A stretch of DNA of 64,000 nucleotides from Nanobdellota archaeon (GTDB taxonomy: Archaea; Nanobdellota; Nanobdellia; Woesearchaeales; GW2011-AR4), in contig JBBSWH010000001.1 in NCBI GenBank assembly GCA_038046385.1, forward strand, positions 119,211-183,210, in the 5' to 3' direction. This document shows, piece after piece, positions 9,753 through 19,424 of the stretch. The position numbers and the translations under genes are program-made. Below the pieces are notes generated by a model, which made no database searches, was not told where the DNA came from, and saw only the letters and a list, made by a program, of their open reading frames with translations. Every line of letters starts with the position of its first letter. Position 1 is the first letter of the stretch.

Positions 9753-10325
9753 ATGGGAATGTACAAATATATTAGGGAGGCTTGGAAAAAGCCGAGAGAA
9801 GGCCTGGGTGCATTGTGGCAGCAGCGCCTTATCCAGTGGAGAAAGGAAGAAGTCACAGTAAGGCTGGAAAAGCCAACAAGGCTTGACAAAGCTCGTTCTT
9901 TGGGTTATAAAGCAAAGCAGGGATTCATTGTCGTAAGGCAAAGAGTTGACCGTGGCGGAAGGATGACAAAAAATCCGCGCCATCCAAGAAGGTCAAAGGC
10001 AATGAGCAGAAGAAAAGATCTTACTATGAATTACCAGTCTGTTGCAGAGCAGAGGACTGTTGACAAATATCCAAACTGCGAAGTCCTGAACAGCTATTAT
10101 GTCGGGCAGGACGGAACACATTTCTGGTACGAAATAATTCTTGTTGACAGAGATAGCCCTACAATCTTAGCTGATAAAAACATCAACTGGATAACAGAGC
10201 ACAGGGGAAGGGCTTACAGAGGCCTGACAAGCGCCGGCAGAAAAGGAAGAGGATTAAGGCATAAAGGAAAAGGCGCAGAGAAAATAAGGCCAAGCTTGAG
10301 AGCTCATCACAGGCATGGGAACTAA
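9753..10325 (+). CDS. rpl15e: 50S ribosomal protein L15e
   Basis: MGMYKYIREAWK, PTRLDKARSLGYKAKQG, EVLNSY and RGLTSAGRK motifs. Confidence 0.97.
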   Translation: MGMYKYIREAWKKPREGLGALWQQRLIQWRKEEVTVRLEKPTRLDKARSLGYKAKQGFIVVRQRVDRGGRMTKNPRHPRRSKAMSRRKDLTMNYQSVAEQRTVDKYPNCEVLNSYYVGQDGTHFWYEIILVDRDSPTILADKNINWITEHRGRAYRGLTSAGRKGRGLRHKGKGAEKIRPSLRAHHRHGN

Positions 10326-10330
10326 ACCCG

Positions 10331-10361
10331 TTTTTTTCTTTTTTTATTTTTCTTATTTTTT
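10331..10361 (+). terminator. Oligo-T archaeal terminator after rpl15e
   Basis: About 30-nt T-rich tract immediately after the stop codon. Confidence 0.6.
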
Positions 10362-10411
10362 AGTAGTTACTAATAGTAAGATTTAAATAATAATTTTGAT
10401 TTCTAGAGTGA

Positions 10412-10795
10412 ATGGCAGTTGAAATGAATGATGGGCTAAGATATCAGATATTTTTAGCGCAGATAAATGGGAGGACAAAATTAACAGAATTACAGCAAGG
10501 CCCTCTAGAGAATATGGTTTTGTACGTTCCTCACAATTCCAGTACTCTTGATATGGCAAGCGTAACAGCATTGCCCATTAGCGTACTAGACTCAGAGTTT
10601 ATAGTTTTTATGAAGGATGAAACTCATTTGATTGAAATGAGTCGTGGTTCTACCTCACTTCAAGATGTAATAGGAGCAGCGGCCAGGGAAGCACATAAGC
10701 GATTGCATGAATTTGTAACAATTCTTCCGGCTTTTGACCCAAAAGAAGGACCGCTAAAATACTGCTTAGCATTCTATACGCCAACTGTTCAATAA
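10412..10795 (+). CDS. Hypothetical protein (orphan)
   Basis: 127-aa ORF; TATA at 10382-10389 preceded by AGTAGTTA at 10362-10369. Confidence 0.6.
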   Translation: MAVEMNDGLRYQIFLAQINGRTKLTELQQGPLENMVLYVPHNSSTLDMASVTALPISVLDSEFIVFMKDETHLIEMSRGSTSLQDVIGAAAREAHKRLHEFVTILPAFDPKEGPLKYCLAFYTPTVQ

Positions 10796-10846
10796 TTATT
10801 CTTTCAAAAAACAGCTTTTAATCAAAAGTTTTCTGCAGACTCTCCC

Positions 10847-10973
10847 AAAAAGTAAACTTTATATTGCAAAAATACTGCGTATTTTTTAACATAAAGTTTC
10901 CTAAAAAGTAAACTTTATATTGTGAAAATCTTCGATTTTCTAACATAAATTTCTCGAAAAGCAAAGCTTTTCG
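10847..10973. repeat. Tandem fold-back repeat, two units of about 56 bp, abutting a promoter
   Basis: AAAAAGTAAACTTTATATTG at 10847 and 10903; internal hairpins AAAATAC-TGC-GTATTTT, GAAAATC-TTC-GATTTTC and CGAAAAGC-AAA-GCTTTTCG. Confidence 0.8.
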
Positions 10974-11008
10974 TTAAATTTATATACTCCCTACTCAAGA
11001 GTAGGGTT

Positions 11009-11185
11009 ATGCACGAATTAGAATGCAGAAGCTGCGGATACAAATTCAAAAGCGCAAAGATTCCGCCTAGATGCCCCTATTGCTCAAAGGAAGCAGTTGG
11101 ATTAAGAAAAGGCGCGCAAGATTTGATTGACGAGACTCTTGACGAAGTAGGCCAGATGGACGAAGAGCGCAGCAGAAGAAATTAA
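11009..11185 (+). CDS. 58-aa zinc-ribbon microprotein
   Basis: Manual translation MHELECRSCGYKFKSAKIPPRCPYCSKEAVGLRKGAQDLIDETLDEVGQMDEERSRRN*; TATA about 24 nt upstream. Confidence 0.82.
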   Translation: MHELECRSCGYKFKSAKIPPRCPYCSKEAVGLRKGAQDLIDETLDEVGQMDEERSRRN

Positions 11186-11210
11186 AAATTTCTAAATTTT
11201 GATTATAGAA

Positions 11211-12653
11211 TCATTCTTTCTTATCTTCAGTTTTCTCTCTTTTGATTAATTTCATTATTGGCTTTCTTCCGTATTTGAAAACAAGCATCCCGAATATTCC
11301 GAAAAGTATTATCGGCGCAATAAAAGGATTCTTTGTCAAAATTCCGTCGCTTCCCACTAGGTTTCCGCTTAAAGATGCAAAACCCGTGCCTACTTTTTTG
11401 TAAAGTGGCCTGTTGTCATGAATCATTACATTTGATGCAAGCACTCCATCTCCTTTACCTTTGGCTACATCAAGAACTTCCTGCAGTGCGTCTTTTAAAG
11501 GGGTGCTGTTTGAAGGGAAAAAAATGCTGTAAACTCCCAAAGGGACTTCTTTTGAAAGGTCTATATCAAGAATTTTGCCAGGCGCTATATTCAATTTTTT
11601 TGTTATTGGATACTTGTTTAGTTCATTTTGTATAATAAATGTAAGCTCATCTTCAAAAGGAATGTTTCCTATATTCTCTATTTTGACAAATTCATTGTCG
11701 TAGTTTACCTTAACCTCCCTGACTACGGATATGTTTACCTTGGATACATCCTTGAGGTTCTTGTAATAAGCCGTTAGAATATATTCTCCTGGCTTTGCAA
11801 ACTGGCTTAGCTCATATTCTATTTTCTGGTTGCTTTGGATTTCTTTTGCAAAGACTTTGTTTTCTTCTGAATCAGAAAATTCAAGCGAAAGCGTTACATT
11901 GATGACATCGCCGGCCTGGTCAAGCAGTATCGGCGTTATTTCCATCTTTGCTCCGGGAAGAAATTGGCTGCTGCTTAATTCTGACTTTATTGATGTAGGA
12001 ATTGCAGTCACTTCAAGCTCAACATTGGAAGACCCCAGATTGTTTTTTGCATCAAGAACACTTATGCTTATTTCATGCATTCCGGATTTTATATCTTTTT
12101 TGAGGCTGATTGGCGCTGTGAATTTCCCGTCTTTAACCTCTGCTTCATAATTTTCATCATCAAGGGTTATCTTTGCAGATGCCTTTAATTCATAATTTCC
12201 AAATGATTCTTTTACAAATCCGGTTATGTCGATGTTTTCCCCCGGTAATGCAGTTATCTTATCTTTGAAATTAGCTATTGATAACTGGTCTATAACTTTG
12301 AATGAAGCAGATGTTTTTTGCTCAACAATTGAATTATCGTTTGTAGTTAATTCGCCTGTTATTGCGCAGTCTCCCATCATGGACGCTGTTGCCGGCAATT
12401 CCGGCACATTCAAAGCGGTTGCAAAATTTGCTTCCAAAGCTACAGGCGTCATAAAATACTGCATCTTGTAAGTTCCGCATGAAAGCGTCATTTTGAAAAA
12501 ACCTTCAAATTCTGCGTTTTGTTCAACCGTTGCAGACGCCTTTATCTTGTTGCCTAGATTGTATGAAGGCTGGTCTGTTGTGAGGGAGATATCAGCAAGA
12601 GCAGACGGGATAACAATAAAAGCCAGAACAAAAAGCAAGATTATTCTTTTCAT
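11211..12653 (-). CDS. Secreted beta-rich (Ig-like) protein with C-terminal membrane anchor
   Basis: N-terminal signal peptide; C-terminal TM helix followed by a basic tail. Confidence 0.75.
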   Translation of the reverse strand: MKRIILLFVLAFIVIPSALADISLTTDQPSYNLGNKIKASATVEQNAEFEGFFKMTLSCGTYKMQYFMTPVALEANFATALNVPELPATASMMGDCAITGELTTNDNSIVEQKTSASFKVIDQLSIANFKDKITALPGENIDITGFVKESFGNYELKASAKITLDDENYEAEVKDGKFTAPISLKKDIKSGMHEISISVLDAKNNLGSSNVELEVTAIPTSIKSELSSSQFLPGAKMEITPILLDQAGDVINVTLSLEFSDSEENKVFAKEIQSNQKIEYELSQFAKPGEYILTAYYKNLKDVSKVNISVVREVKVNYDNEFVKIENIGNIPFEDELTFIIQNELNKYPITKKLNIAPGKILDIDLSKEVPLGVYSIFFPSNSTPLKDALQEVLDVAKGKGDGVLASNVMIHDNRPLYKKVGTGFASLSGNLVGSDGILTKNPFIAPIILFGIFGMLVFKYGRKPIMKLIKREKTEDKKE

Positions 12654-12713
12654 TGGCTAAAATGGCTATATCTTGTTTATATAATTTACTATTATAGAAT
12701 GGTTGTTGTAACC

Positions 12714-13121
12714 CTATAATCCCAATCTGGAATCAATTTCTTTGGCAACTTCCTTAAGATCTTCGCATGCTCTCTTGATGTCGCGTTCAACTTCGTCAAC
12801 AAGAGACTTAAGATTGTCAACTCTTAGAATGTATTTGTTGCCTTCATGAACAACAAGCCCTGCTTCAATCAGCTTATTTATGTGATGAACTATTGTTCCC
12901 CTTGAAAGCGCAAGCCTTGCAGCAAGAACGTCGCTTGAAAGTGTTTCTTTTGCTTTGGCAGATTTTACTAGCTCTATAAATACTCTAAAGCAGCTCTTGT
13001 CTTTGTCCCTCATGTTAAACAACCCAAGAGATGAGCCAAACCATTGAAGCTCATGATTTATATTATGTTCAATGGGCTTTCTTATGTTTACTATGGTTAT
13101 TCTCTGCCTTATGTAGGCCAT
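12714..13121 (-). CDS. Winged-helix (ArsR/TrmB-like) transcriptional regulator, divergent from grpE-dnaK
   Basis: LSSDVLAARLALSRGTIVHHINKLIEAGLV helix-turn-helix. Confidence 0.8.
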   Translation of the reverse strand: MAYIRQRITIVNIRKPIEHNINHELQWFGSSLGLFNMRDKDKSCFRVFIELVKSAKAKETLSSDVLAARLALSRGTIVHHINKLIEAGLVVHEGNKYILRVDNLKSLVDEVERDIKRACEDLKEVAKEIDSRLGL

Positions 13122-13196
13122 AATCCTCACTTTAGGCCCCAGATATATAAACTTTTGCCGAAGTATTTATATACTAGTTGGTTTTACCATCCTTTT

Positions 13197-13213
13197 GTTG
13201 ACTTAAGGTCAAC
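13197..13213. promoter_or_regulatory. Palindrome GTTGAC-N5-GTCAAC, candidate chaperone-operon operator
   Basis: Lies between the grpE TATA (about 13166-13173) and the ATG; a divergent HTH gene is adjacent. Confidence 0.5.
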
Positions 13214-13221
13214 CAAACAAA

Positions 13222-13770
13222 ATGAAGCAAACACAAGAAAAAAAGGAAGCTGAAGAAGTGTCAGCGGAAGCAGAAACCAAACTTGAATCAAAGATTCAAC
13301 AAGGTTTCAGCAAAGCAGAGACCACCTCCAAGGAACAGGTTGATGAAAAATCCATCAAAATAGAAGAGCTTACTGACACTTTGAAAAGGCTTCAGGCAGA
13401 ATTCGAAAATTACAGGAAAAGGATAGACAAAGAAAGAACAGAGTTTGCAAAATACGCAAACGCAAGCTTTGTTGAAAAAATGCTGCCGGTGCTTGACAGC
13501 TTCGAATTAGCATTAAAAAATACAGAAGACAAGGAAAAGTTCCTTGCAGGTGTCAAAATATTATTTGCGCAGTTTTATTCAGCATTGCAATCACAAGGGC
13601 TTAAGCCAATAAAAACAAAAGATGAAAAATTCGACCCATTTAGGCATGAAGTTTTGATGAAGGAAGCATCAGACAAGCCGGATGAAACAATACTGGAAGA
13701 GTTCCAGAAAGGGTATATGCTGAATGAGAAGGTTTTGAGGCACAGCAAGGTAAAGATTAGCGGGAAGTGA
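13222..13770 (+). CDS. grpE: Nucleotide exchange factor GrpE
   Basis: RLQAEFENYRKR, FDPFRHE and KGYMLNEKVLRHSKV motifs. Confidence 0.96.
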   Translation: MKQTQEKKEAEEVSAEAETKLESKIQQGFSKAETTSKEQVDEKSIKIEELTDTLKRLQAEFENYRKRIDKERTEFAKYANASFVEKMLPVLDSFELALKNTEDKEKFLAGVKILFAQFYSALQSQGLKPIKTKDEKFDPFRHEVLMKEASDKPDETILEEFQKGYMLNEKVLRHSKVKISGK

Positions 13771-13782
13771 TAAAATATATTT

Positions 13783-13832
13783 GAGCAAGGTCAGATGCCT
13801 TGCGAGGGTAAACATTGTCCGAAGGACGGAAA
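13783..13832 (+). other. Two-hairpin structured element (copy 1), followed by an A-rich spacer
   Basis: GA-GCAAGGT...GCCTTGC-GAG...TTGTCCGAAGGACGGAAA; second copy at 49876-49925. Confidence 0.7.
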
Positions 13833-13977
13833 AATCAAATTACAAAAACAATAATAAAACACAATAACAAAAAACGCATTGACAAATAACATCAACAAAA
13901 AATCAATTAAAATAAATTCAAATAATAAAATTATCAAATCAAATAAAAACAAATCATTAAACAAAATTTAAAAAATA

Positions 13978-14496
13978 ATGATTACCAAAAACACGCCCTT
14001 AAAAGATGTGTTGAAGCTTGCGCCAGCGTGCAAGTGCGACTTTTGCAATCATGGCTGCAAAGTCGGAAGCGGAATGCTCGCAATGGACGATGCAAAAAAA
14101 CTTGCAGAGTTCATGGGCATAAGCGAAGATGAACTGAAAAAAAATCATCTCGAAGAAGTTGAATTGTTCAACAAAAAGATGCTGCGTCCAAAGCAGCAAA
14201 GAAATGGAAAACCGTATGGACAATGCACGTTTTACGACGATGCAAAAGGATGCACCGTTCATGAAGCAAAACCATTGCAGTGCAAAATTGCAATGGGCTG
14301 CAAAGATTATGGAGAAGAATTAATGACGTGGTTCACAGTCAACTATGTTGTTGATGCAAATGACGCGGAAAGCGTGAGGCAATACGCACAGTTCATTAAA
14401 AGCGGCGGCAAGATGATACCTGGCGCAGAATTGGAAAAATTGGTGCCGGACAAAAACAAATTAAGAAAAATATTGAGCTATGAAATATTAAAATAA
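13978..14496 (+). CDS. YkgJ/CxxCxxCC-type Zn/Fe-chelating protein
   Basis: CKCDFCNHGC and CTFYD...CTVHEAKPLQC motifs. Confidence 0.8.
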   Translation: MITKNTPLKDVLKLAPACKCDFCNHGCKVGSGMLAMDDAKKLAEFMGISEDELKKNHLEEVELFNKKMLRPKQQRNGKPYGQCTFYDDAKGCTVHEAKPLQCKIAMGCKDYGEELMTWFTVNYVVDANDAESVRQYAQFIKSGGKMIPGAELEKLVPDKNKLRKILSYEILK

Positions 14497-14645
14497 CGCA
14501 ATGACGAAAACGCATTAACTAATAACATTTAAAAAAAATAATTCAATAAAAAAATATCCATTGATAAAAATAAATTAAAATAAGGTATAATCAAAATCAC
14601 AATAATAAAAAATTAAAAAACAAAATCACAGTGGAGGAAAACAAA

Positions 14646-16520
14646 ATGGCAGCAGAAAAAATAATTGGAATTGATTTAGGAACAAGCAACAGCGCAGCTT
14701 CGGTTCTACAGGGCGGAAAGCCGACAATAATACCTAGCGCAGAAGGAACAACAGCATACGGGAAAGCATTCCCGAGCGTAGTCGCATTTACAAAAGACGG
14801 GCAGGTTTTAGTCGGAGAGCCGGCAAGAAGACAAGCCGTGTCAAACCCGGAAAACACAATAATGGCCGCTAAAAGAAAAATGGGAACATCCCATAAATTC
14901 AACATAAGCGGAAAAGAATACACTGCTCAGCAGATTTCTGCATTCATACTTCAGAAAATAAAGAAAGATGCAGAAGAATTCTTAGGGGAAAAAATCAACA
15001 AAGCAGTCATCACAGTCCCTGCTTACTTTGACGACAATCAACGACAGGCAACCAAAGACGCAGGAGAAATTGCAGGATTGGAAGTTGTAAGGATAGTCAA
15101 CGAGCCGACTGCAGCATCAATGGCGTATGGTTTGGATAAGCAGACACAGGACATGAAGATTTTAGTATTTGATTTAGGAGGCGGAACGCTTGACGTAACA
15201 ATAATGGAGTTTGGCGGCGGAGTTTTCCAGGTATTATCGACATCCGGTGATACACAACTGGGTGGAACCGACATGGACCAGGCAATGATAGAATACCTGA
15301 CTTCAGAGTTTAAAAAAACAGAAGGAATTGATTTATCCAAGGACAAGACTGCGATGCAGAGAATAAGAGAAGGCGCAGAAAAGGCAAAAATAGAATTGTC
15401 TACAATATTTGAAACAGAGATTAATCTGCCTTTCATAACTGCAACAAACGACGGGCCAAAGCACCTGTCAATGAAGCTGACAAGGGCAAAACTGGAACAG
15501 CTTATTGACCCAATCATAAAGAAGTGCAAGCACCCGATGGAGCAGGCAATGAAAGACGCAAAACTTTCTCCGAACCAAGTCAGCAAAATTATACTTGTCG
15601 GAGGGCCAACAAGAATGCCTATTGTCAGAAAGTTTGTGGAAGATTTCACAGGCAAGCAGGCTGAAAGAGGCGTTGATCCAATGGAGTGTGTTGCAATGGG
15701 CGCAGCTGTACAGGCTGGAGTTCTTGCAGGCGAAGTAAAAGATATACTTTTGCTTGATGTTACACCATTAAGCCTCGGAATAGAAACACTTGGCGGAGTA
15801 TTCACGAAGCTGATTGAAAGGAACACAACAGTTCCAACTAAAAAATCACAGGTGTTCAGCACAGCTGCTGACAATCAAACAGCAGTTACAATTAGGGTTG
15901 GACAGGGCGAAAGACCTATGTTTAACGATAATAAAGTACTTGGCCAGTTTGATCTTGTAGGAGTGCCTCCTGCACCAAGGGGAATCCCTCAAATTGAGGT
16001 TGGATTTGACATTGATGCAAACGGAATACTTCATGTAAACGCAAAAGATCTCGGAACAGGAAAGGAGCAGAACATAAGAATTACTGCAGCGCAGAAATTG
16101 AGCAACGAGGAAATTGAAAGCATGAAGAAGCAGGCTGAAGAGTTTGCAGAAGTTGACAATAAGAAAAAAGAAGAGATAGAAACAATCAACAATGCAGACA
16201 CACTAGTCTACACGACTGAAAGGCTGTTCAAGGATTTAGAAGGCAAAGTTCCGGAAAAAGAAATTGCTGAAATCAAAGGCAAGATAATGGAGCTGAAAGA
16301 GCTGATGAAGCCTGCAGAAAAAGACGTTGCTTCAATCAAGAAGAAAACTGACGAAATCAACGAGCTTGTGCAGAAAATGTCAACCGAGCTTTACCAGAAA
16401 GCAGGCGCGCAGCATCAGCACGGACAGCCGGGGCAGGAAGATGCACAATCCGGCCCAAAGGATGATAATGTGGTCGATGCCGATTACGAAGTCAAGGACG
16501 ACAAAAAGGGCAAGGAATAA
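14646..16520 (+). CDS. dnaK: Chaperone DnaK
   Basis: [27 protein letters not shown] and DVTPLSLG motifs; ATG at 14646 follows a GGAGG Shine-Dalgarno. Confidence 0.98.
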   Translation: MAAEKIIGIDLGTSNSAASVLQGGKPTIIPSAEGTTAYGKAFPSVVAFTKDGQVLVGEPARRQAVSNPENTIMAAKRKMGTSHKFNISGKEYTAQQISAFILQKIKKDAEEFLGEKINKAVITVPAYFDDNQRQATKDAGEIAGLEVVRIVNEPTAASMAYGLDKQTQDMKILVFDLGGGTLDVTIMEFGGGVFQVLSTSGDTQLGGTDMDQAMIEYLTSEFKKTEGIDLSKDKTAMQRIREGAEKAKIELSTIFETEINLPFITATNDGPKHLSMKLTRAKLEQLIDPIIKKCKHPMEQAMKDAKLSPNQVSKIILVGGPTRMPIVRKFVEDFTGKQAERGVDPMECVAMGAAVQAGVLAGEVKDILLLDVTPLSLGIETLGGVFTKLIERNTTVPTKKSQVFSTAADNQTAVTIRVGQGERPMFNDNKVLGQFDLVGVPPAPRGIPQIEVGFDIDANGILHVNAKDLGTGKEQNIRITAAQKLSNEEIESMKKQAEEFAEVDNKKKEEIETINNADTLVYTTERLFKDLEGKVPEKEIAEIKGKIMELKELMKPAEKDVASIKKKTDEINELVQKMSTELYQKAGAQHQHGQPGQEDAQSGPKDDNVVDADYEVKDDKKGKE

Positions 16521-16546
16521 AAAAAGCCCTTAGTTTTATTTTTCGC

Positions 16547-17182
16547 ATGAGCAACCACCACGTTTTCGGATATGCAAGCCTTATACACGAAGGAATCAGA
16601 AATTCACTTAATCTTACCGGAAAGGCTGAAATTGTAGAGGAACTTCCGGGAGTACAGAGAGTGTGGGACCCTCAAATACCAGGCTCAAAAAGGGCAAGGC
16701 TCAATCTTAAAGCAGATAAATATGCCCATACAAATGGAGTGGTGCTGCAAGTTGATGAAGCAGAACTAAGACTTCTTGACGGATTAAACAAAGGATATGC
16801 CCGAGTGCATCTGGAAGACCACATCCACGGAAAAGACAATCACCCCACTTTTCAAAGAAGAGGCATGTCCTCAACAGTTTGGATTTATTTGCCGAATGGG
16901 AACATGAATCCAACAAATCAGGGAACAGCTGAACCCGGCAAATCTGCCGCTGCGCCAGATCCAAACCCTATTGTGCAGACCTATGTTGATCAAGTTGTTA
17001 TAGGCGCTCTTCGTTTAGGCGGGCCGCACTTCGCTTATCATTTTGTCGATGCAACAAAAGGATGGCACCATCCATGGGTTAACAACAGAACCCAATCTAT
17101 TCCAGGTGCCGGGGAAGTTGATGCCGTTTTGGAAAGAATTGTAGGAAAAGAATTCAGAAAAAGAACAAATTTAAAATCATAA
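16547..17182 (+). CDS. Gamma-glutamylcyclotransferase (GGCT/ChaC)-like protein, divergent
   Basis: N-terminal VFGYASL, then NGVVLQV...LRLLD...GY. Confidence 0.6.
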   Translation: MSNHHVFGYASLIHEGIRNSLNLTGKAEIVEELPGVQRVWDPQIPGSKRARLNLKADKYAHTNGVVLQVDEAELRLLDGLNKGYARVHLEDHIHGKDNHPTFQRRGMSSTVWIYLPNGNMNPTNQGTAEPGKSAAAPDPNPIVQTYVDQVVIGALRLGGPHFAYHFVDATKGWHHPWVNNRTQSIPGAGEVDAVLERIVGKEFRKRTNLKS

Positions 17183-17189
17183 TCTTAAA

Positions 17190-17687
17190 ATGAAACTGCC
17201 TTCAAAAGAAGAGTGCCTGAAAATACTGAAAGAAGCAGATGTTCCTGCCAATATTATTGCGCACACTTCAAAAGTCTGCGAGATTGCAGAAAAGATTTCT
17301 GACAGACTGATTAAAAAAAACATTAAAGTAAACAAAAATCTTGTTGCAGCGGCAGCAATGCTGCATGACGTAAAAAAATTAAGCAGGAATGACCATATCA
17401 TTGAAGGCTACAATTACATAAAATCGCTCGGATATCCTGAAGTTGCAGAAGTAATGAGGACACACGGGCTTGTTCATGTTGAGAACGAAGAATTCTTTCC
17501 AAAAACAGTTGAGCAAAAGATAGTTTTTTATGCTGACAAGAGAGCCAATGGCGATAAGCTCGTTTCAGTTGACGAAAGGTTTGAATATATAATGAAAAGA
17601 TACGACAGAATTAAAGAAGTAAGGCGAGAATTGGAGATAACTAAAGATATAGAAAAAGAATTATTGGGAGAAGATACGGAATTATAA
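17190..17687 (+). CDS. HD-domain (HDIG) phosphohydrolase
   Basis: IAHT...LHDV...H...TH...YADKR. Confidence 0.85.
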   Translation: MKLPSKEECLKILKEADVPANIIAHTSKVCEIAEKISDRLIKKNIKVNKNLVAAAAMLHDVKKLSRNDHIIEGYNYIKSLGYPEVAEVMRTHGLVHVENEEFFPKTVEQKIVFYADKRANGDKLVSVDERFEYIMKRYDRIKEVRRELEITKDIEKELLGEDTEL

Positions 17688-17688
17688 A

Positions 17689-18813
17689 ATGACAAAGGAA
17701 AAAGATTATTACAAAATACTCGGAGTAAGCAAGAATGCCTCAAAGGAAGAGATAAAAACAGCTTACAAGAATCTGGCAAAAAAGTATCATCCCGATATCA
17801 ACAAGGATAAGGATGTTTCTGAAAAGTTCAAGGAAATAAATGAGGCTGCCTCTGTTTTGGGAGATGACCAGAAAAAAGCGCAGTATGACCAGTACGGCTC
17901 TGCAGGAGAGCAATTCGGAGGCGCAGGGGCAGGCGGATTTTCCGGATTTGATTTTTCAGATTTCATGTCAGACGGCGAAGGGTTTGATATGGATGACATG
18001 GTAAGCCGCTTATTTGGCGGAGGATTTGGAGGAAGAGGGAGAACAAGAAGAAAGCAGCGCGGTTCGGATTTAAGATATGACATGGAGATAGAACTGGAAG
18101 ATGCTGCCTTCGGCGCAACAAAAACAATTAATATTCCAATTTCAGAGAAATGCGAAAAATGCGGCGGAACAGGCGCGGAATCAAAATCAGATATTGTGAC
18201 ATGCCACGAATGCGGCGGAAAAGGCACTGCAACAAGCACACAGAGAACGCCGTTTGGGCTTTTTTCAACAACAACAACCTGCAGAAAGTGCAGGGGGCAG
18301 GGAAAATACGTCAAAAACGAATGCAAAGAATGCGGCGGAAACGGAACTGTGCGCAAAAACAGAAAACTGGAGATTAAAATTCCAGCAGGCGCAGAAACAG
18401 GAACACAATTAAGGGTGCAGGGTGCAGGCGAGGCAGGAGAAAAAGGAATATCCTCTGGGGATTTATACATCGTACTTCACGTTAAGGAGCACGAAACATT
18501 CGAAAGGCACGGAAGCGATGTTCACATAAAAATTCCATTATCTTTTACAACAGCAGCTTTAGGCGGGGAAATTGAAGTTCTTACTCTGAGCGGAAAAGCC
18601 ACTTTGAAGATTCCTGCAGGCACGCAGAGCAACACTGTCTTCAGGATGCGCGGGCAGGGAATACCGGAACTGCAAACCCACCATACCGGCGACCAGCATG
18701 TGCAGATTTATATTGTAGTTCCTGAAAAATTATCTAAAAAACAGAAAAAACTGCTTGAGGATTTTGACAAGGAAAACAAAAAGAAAGGGTTTTTAGACGA
18801 TGTTTTTGGCTAA
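17689..18813 (+). CDS. dnaJ: Chaperone DnaJ
   Basis: J domain with HPD, G/F region and four CxxCxGxG repeats. Confidence 0.97.
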   Translation: MTKEKDYYKILGVSKNASKEEIKTAYKNLAKKYHPDINKDKDVSEKFKEINEAASVLGDDQKKAQYDQYGSAGEQFGGAGAGGFSGFDFSDFMSDGEGFDMDDMVSRLFGGGFGGRGRTRRKQRGSDLRYDMEIELEDAAFGATKTINIPISEKCEKCGGTGAESKSDIVTCHECGGKGTATSTQRTPFGLFSTTTTCRKCRGQGKYVKNECKECGGNGTVRKNRKLEIKIPAGAETGTQLRVQGAGEAGEKGISSGDLYIVLHVKEHETFERHGSDVHIKIPLSFTTAALGGEIEVLTLSGKATLKIPAGTQSNTVFRMRGQGIPELQTHHTGDQHVQIYIVVPEKLSKKQKKLLEDFDKENKKKGFLDDVFG

Positions 18814-19403
18814 ATTTCTACAAAACTATAAATAAATGATTGAAGTTCTATGAAATTTTTTGAATTGGTTTCTTCTGTCGGGATTCTTGATTCCCATTCC
18901 AGCAATCTCCTGCCCAAGTAAGGCCTTATTGGTTTAAGGTGCGGTGCTTCAAACTCTTTTAACAAGGATATAAAACATTGGGTAGTATGACTTTCATAAT
19001 TAACTATCTCTCTGGGTTTAAACCTCAATGTTGCAAATACAAATCCTAATTCCCAAAAAATAATCTGGAGCTCTGATGACTCAAGCCCATCAATGTATAA
19101 TCTAGGCTTTTCTCTGACCATTCGCATCCTAGATATGGCCAGGGCATAAATATCTTTAAAATATTTTAGCCATTTCAAGGACAATCCGTCCTTTTCAGCT
19201 TTTGGCATGTTTTCAATATGTTTCCACGTTTTTTCAAATGCACTTAAAAGTTCAGTTTTTATTTTTTCAAAATCTTTAGAGTCCTCTATGTTTAATTGTT
19301 TATTTTTTGGGTCTCTAAGAAAAGTTTCTACTACAACTTCAGCATCGTTAATATCCTCATTTGAAAATGTGAAAAACGCTTTTATTTTTTTAAAAAATCC
19401 CAT
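18810..19403 (-). CDS. Hypothetical protein (orphan)
   Basis: About 197-aa ORF from ATG 19403; its stop overlaps the dnaJ stop. Confidence 0.6.
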   Translation of the reverse strand: MGFFKKIKAFFTFSNEDINDAEVVVETFLRDPKNKQLNIEDSKDFEKIKTELLSAFEKTWKHIENMPKAEKDGLSLKWLKYFKDIYALAISRMRMVREKPRLYIDGLESSELQIIFWELGFVFATLRFKPREIVNYESHTTQCFISLLKEFEAPHLKPIRPYLGRRLLEWESRIPTEETNSKNFIELQSFIYSFVEI

Positions 19404-19424
19404 AAAACACATTCTAAAATTTGT

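Noticed and set aside
13815-13832. Hammerhead ribozyme (GTCC-GAA-GGAC-GGAAA resembles stem II plus GAAA)
   Set aside because: Neither copy has a CUGANGA core before the stem, and stems I and III are absent.
15038-15874. Long antisense ORFs over dnaK (similarly over dnaJ, rad50, thermosome, purC, carB and ribD)
   Set aside because: They are shadow ORFs in the mirror frame of well-supported genes, with Ser/Phe/Ile-rich, motif-free translations.
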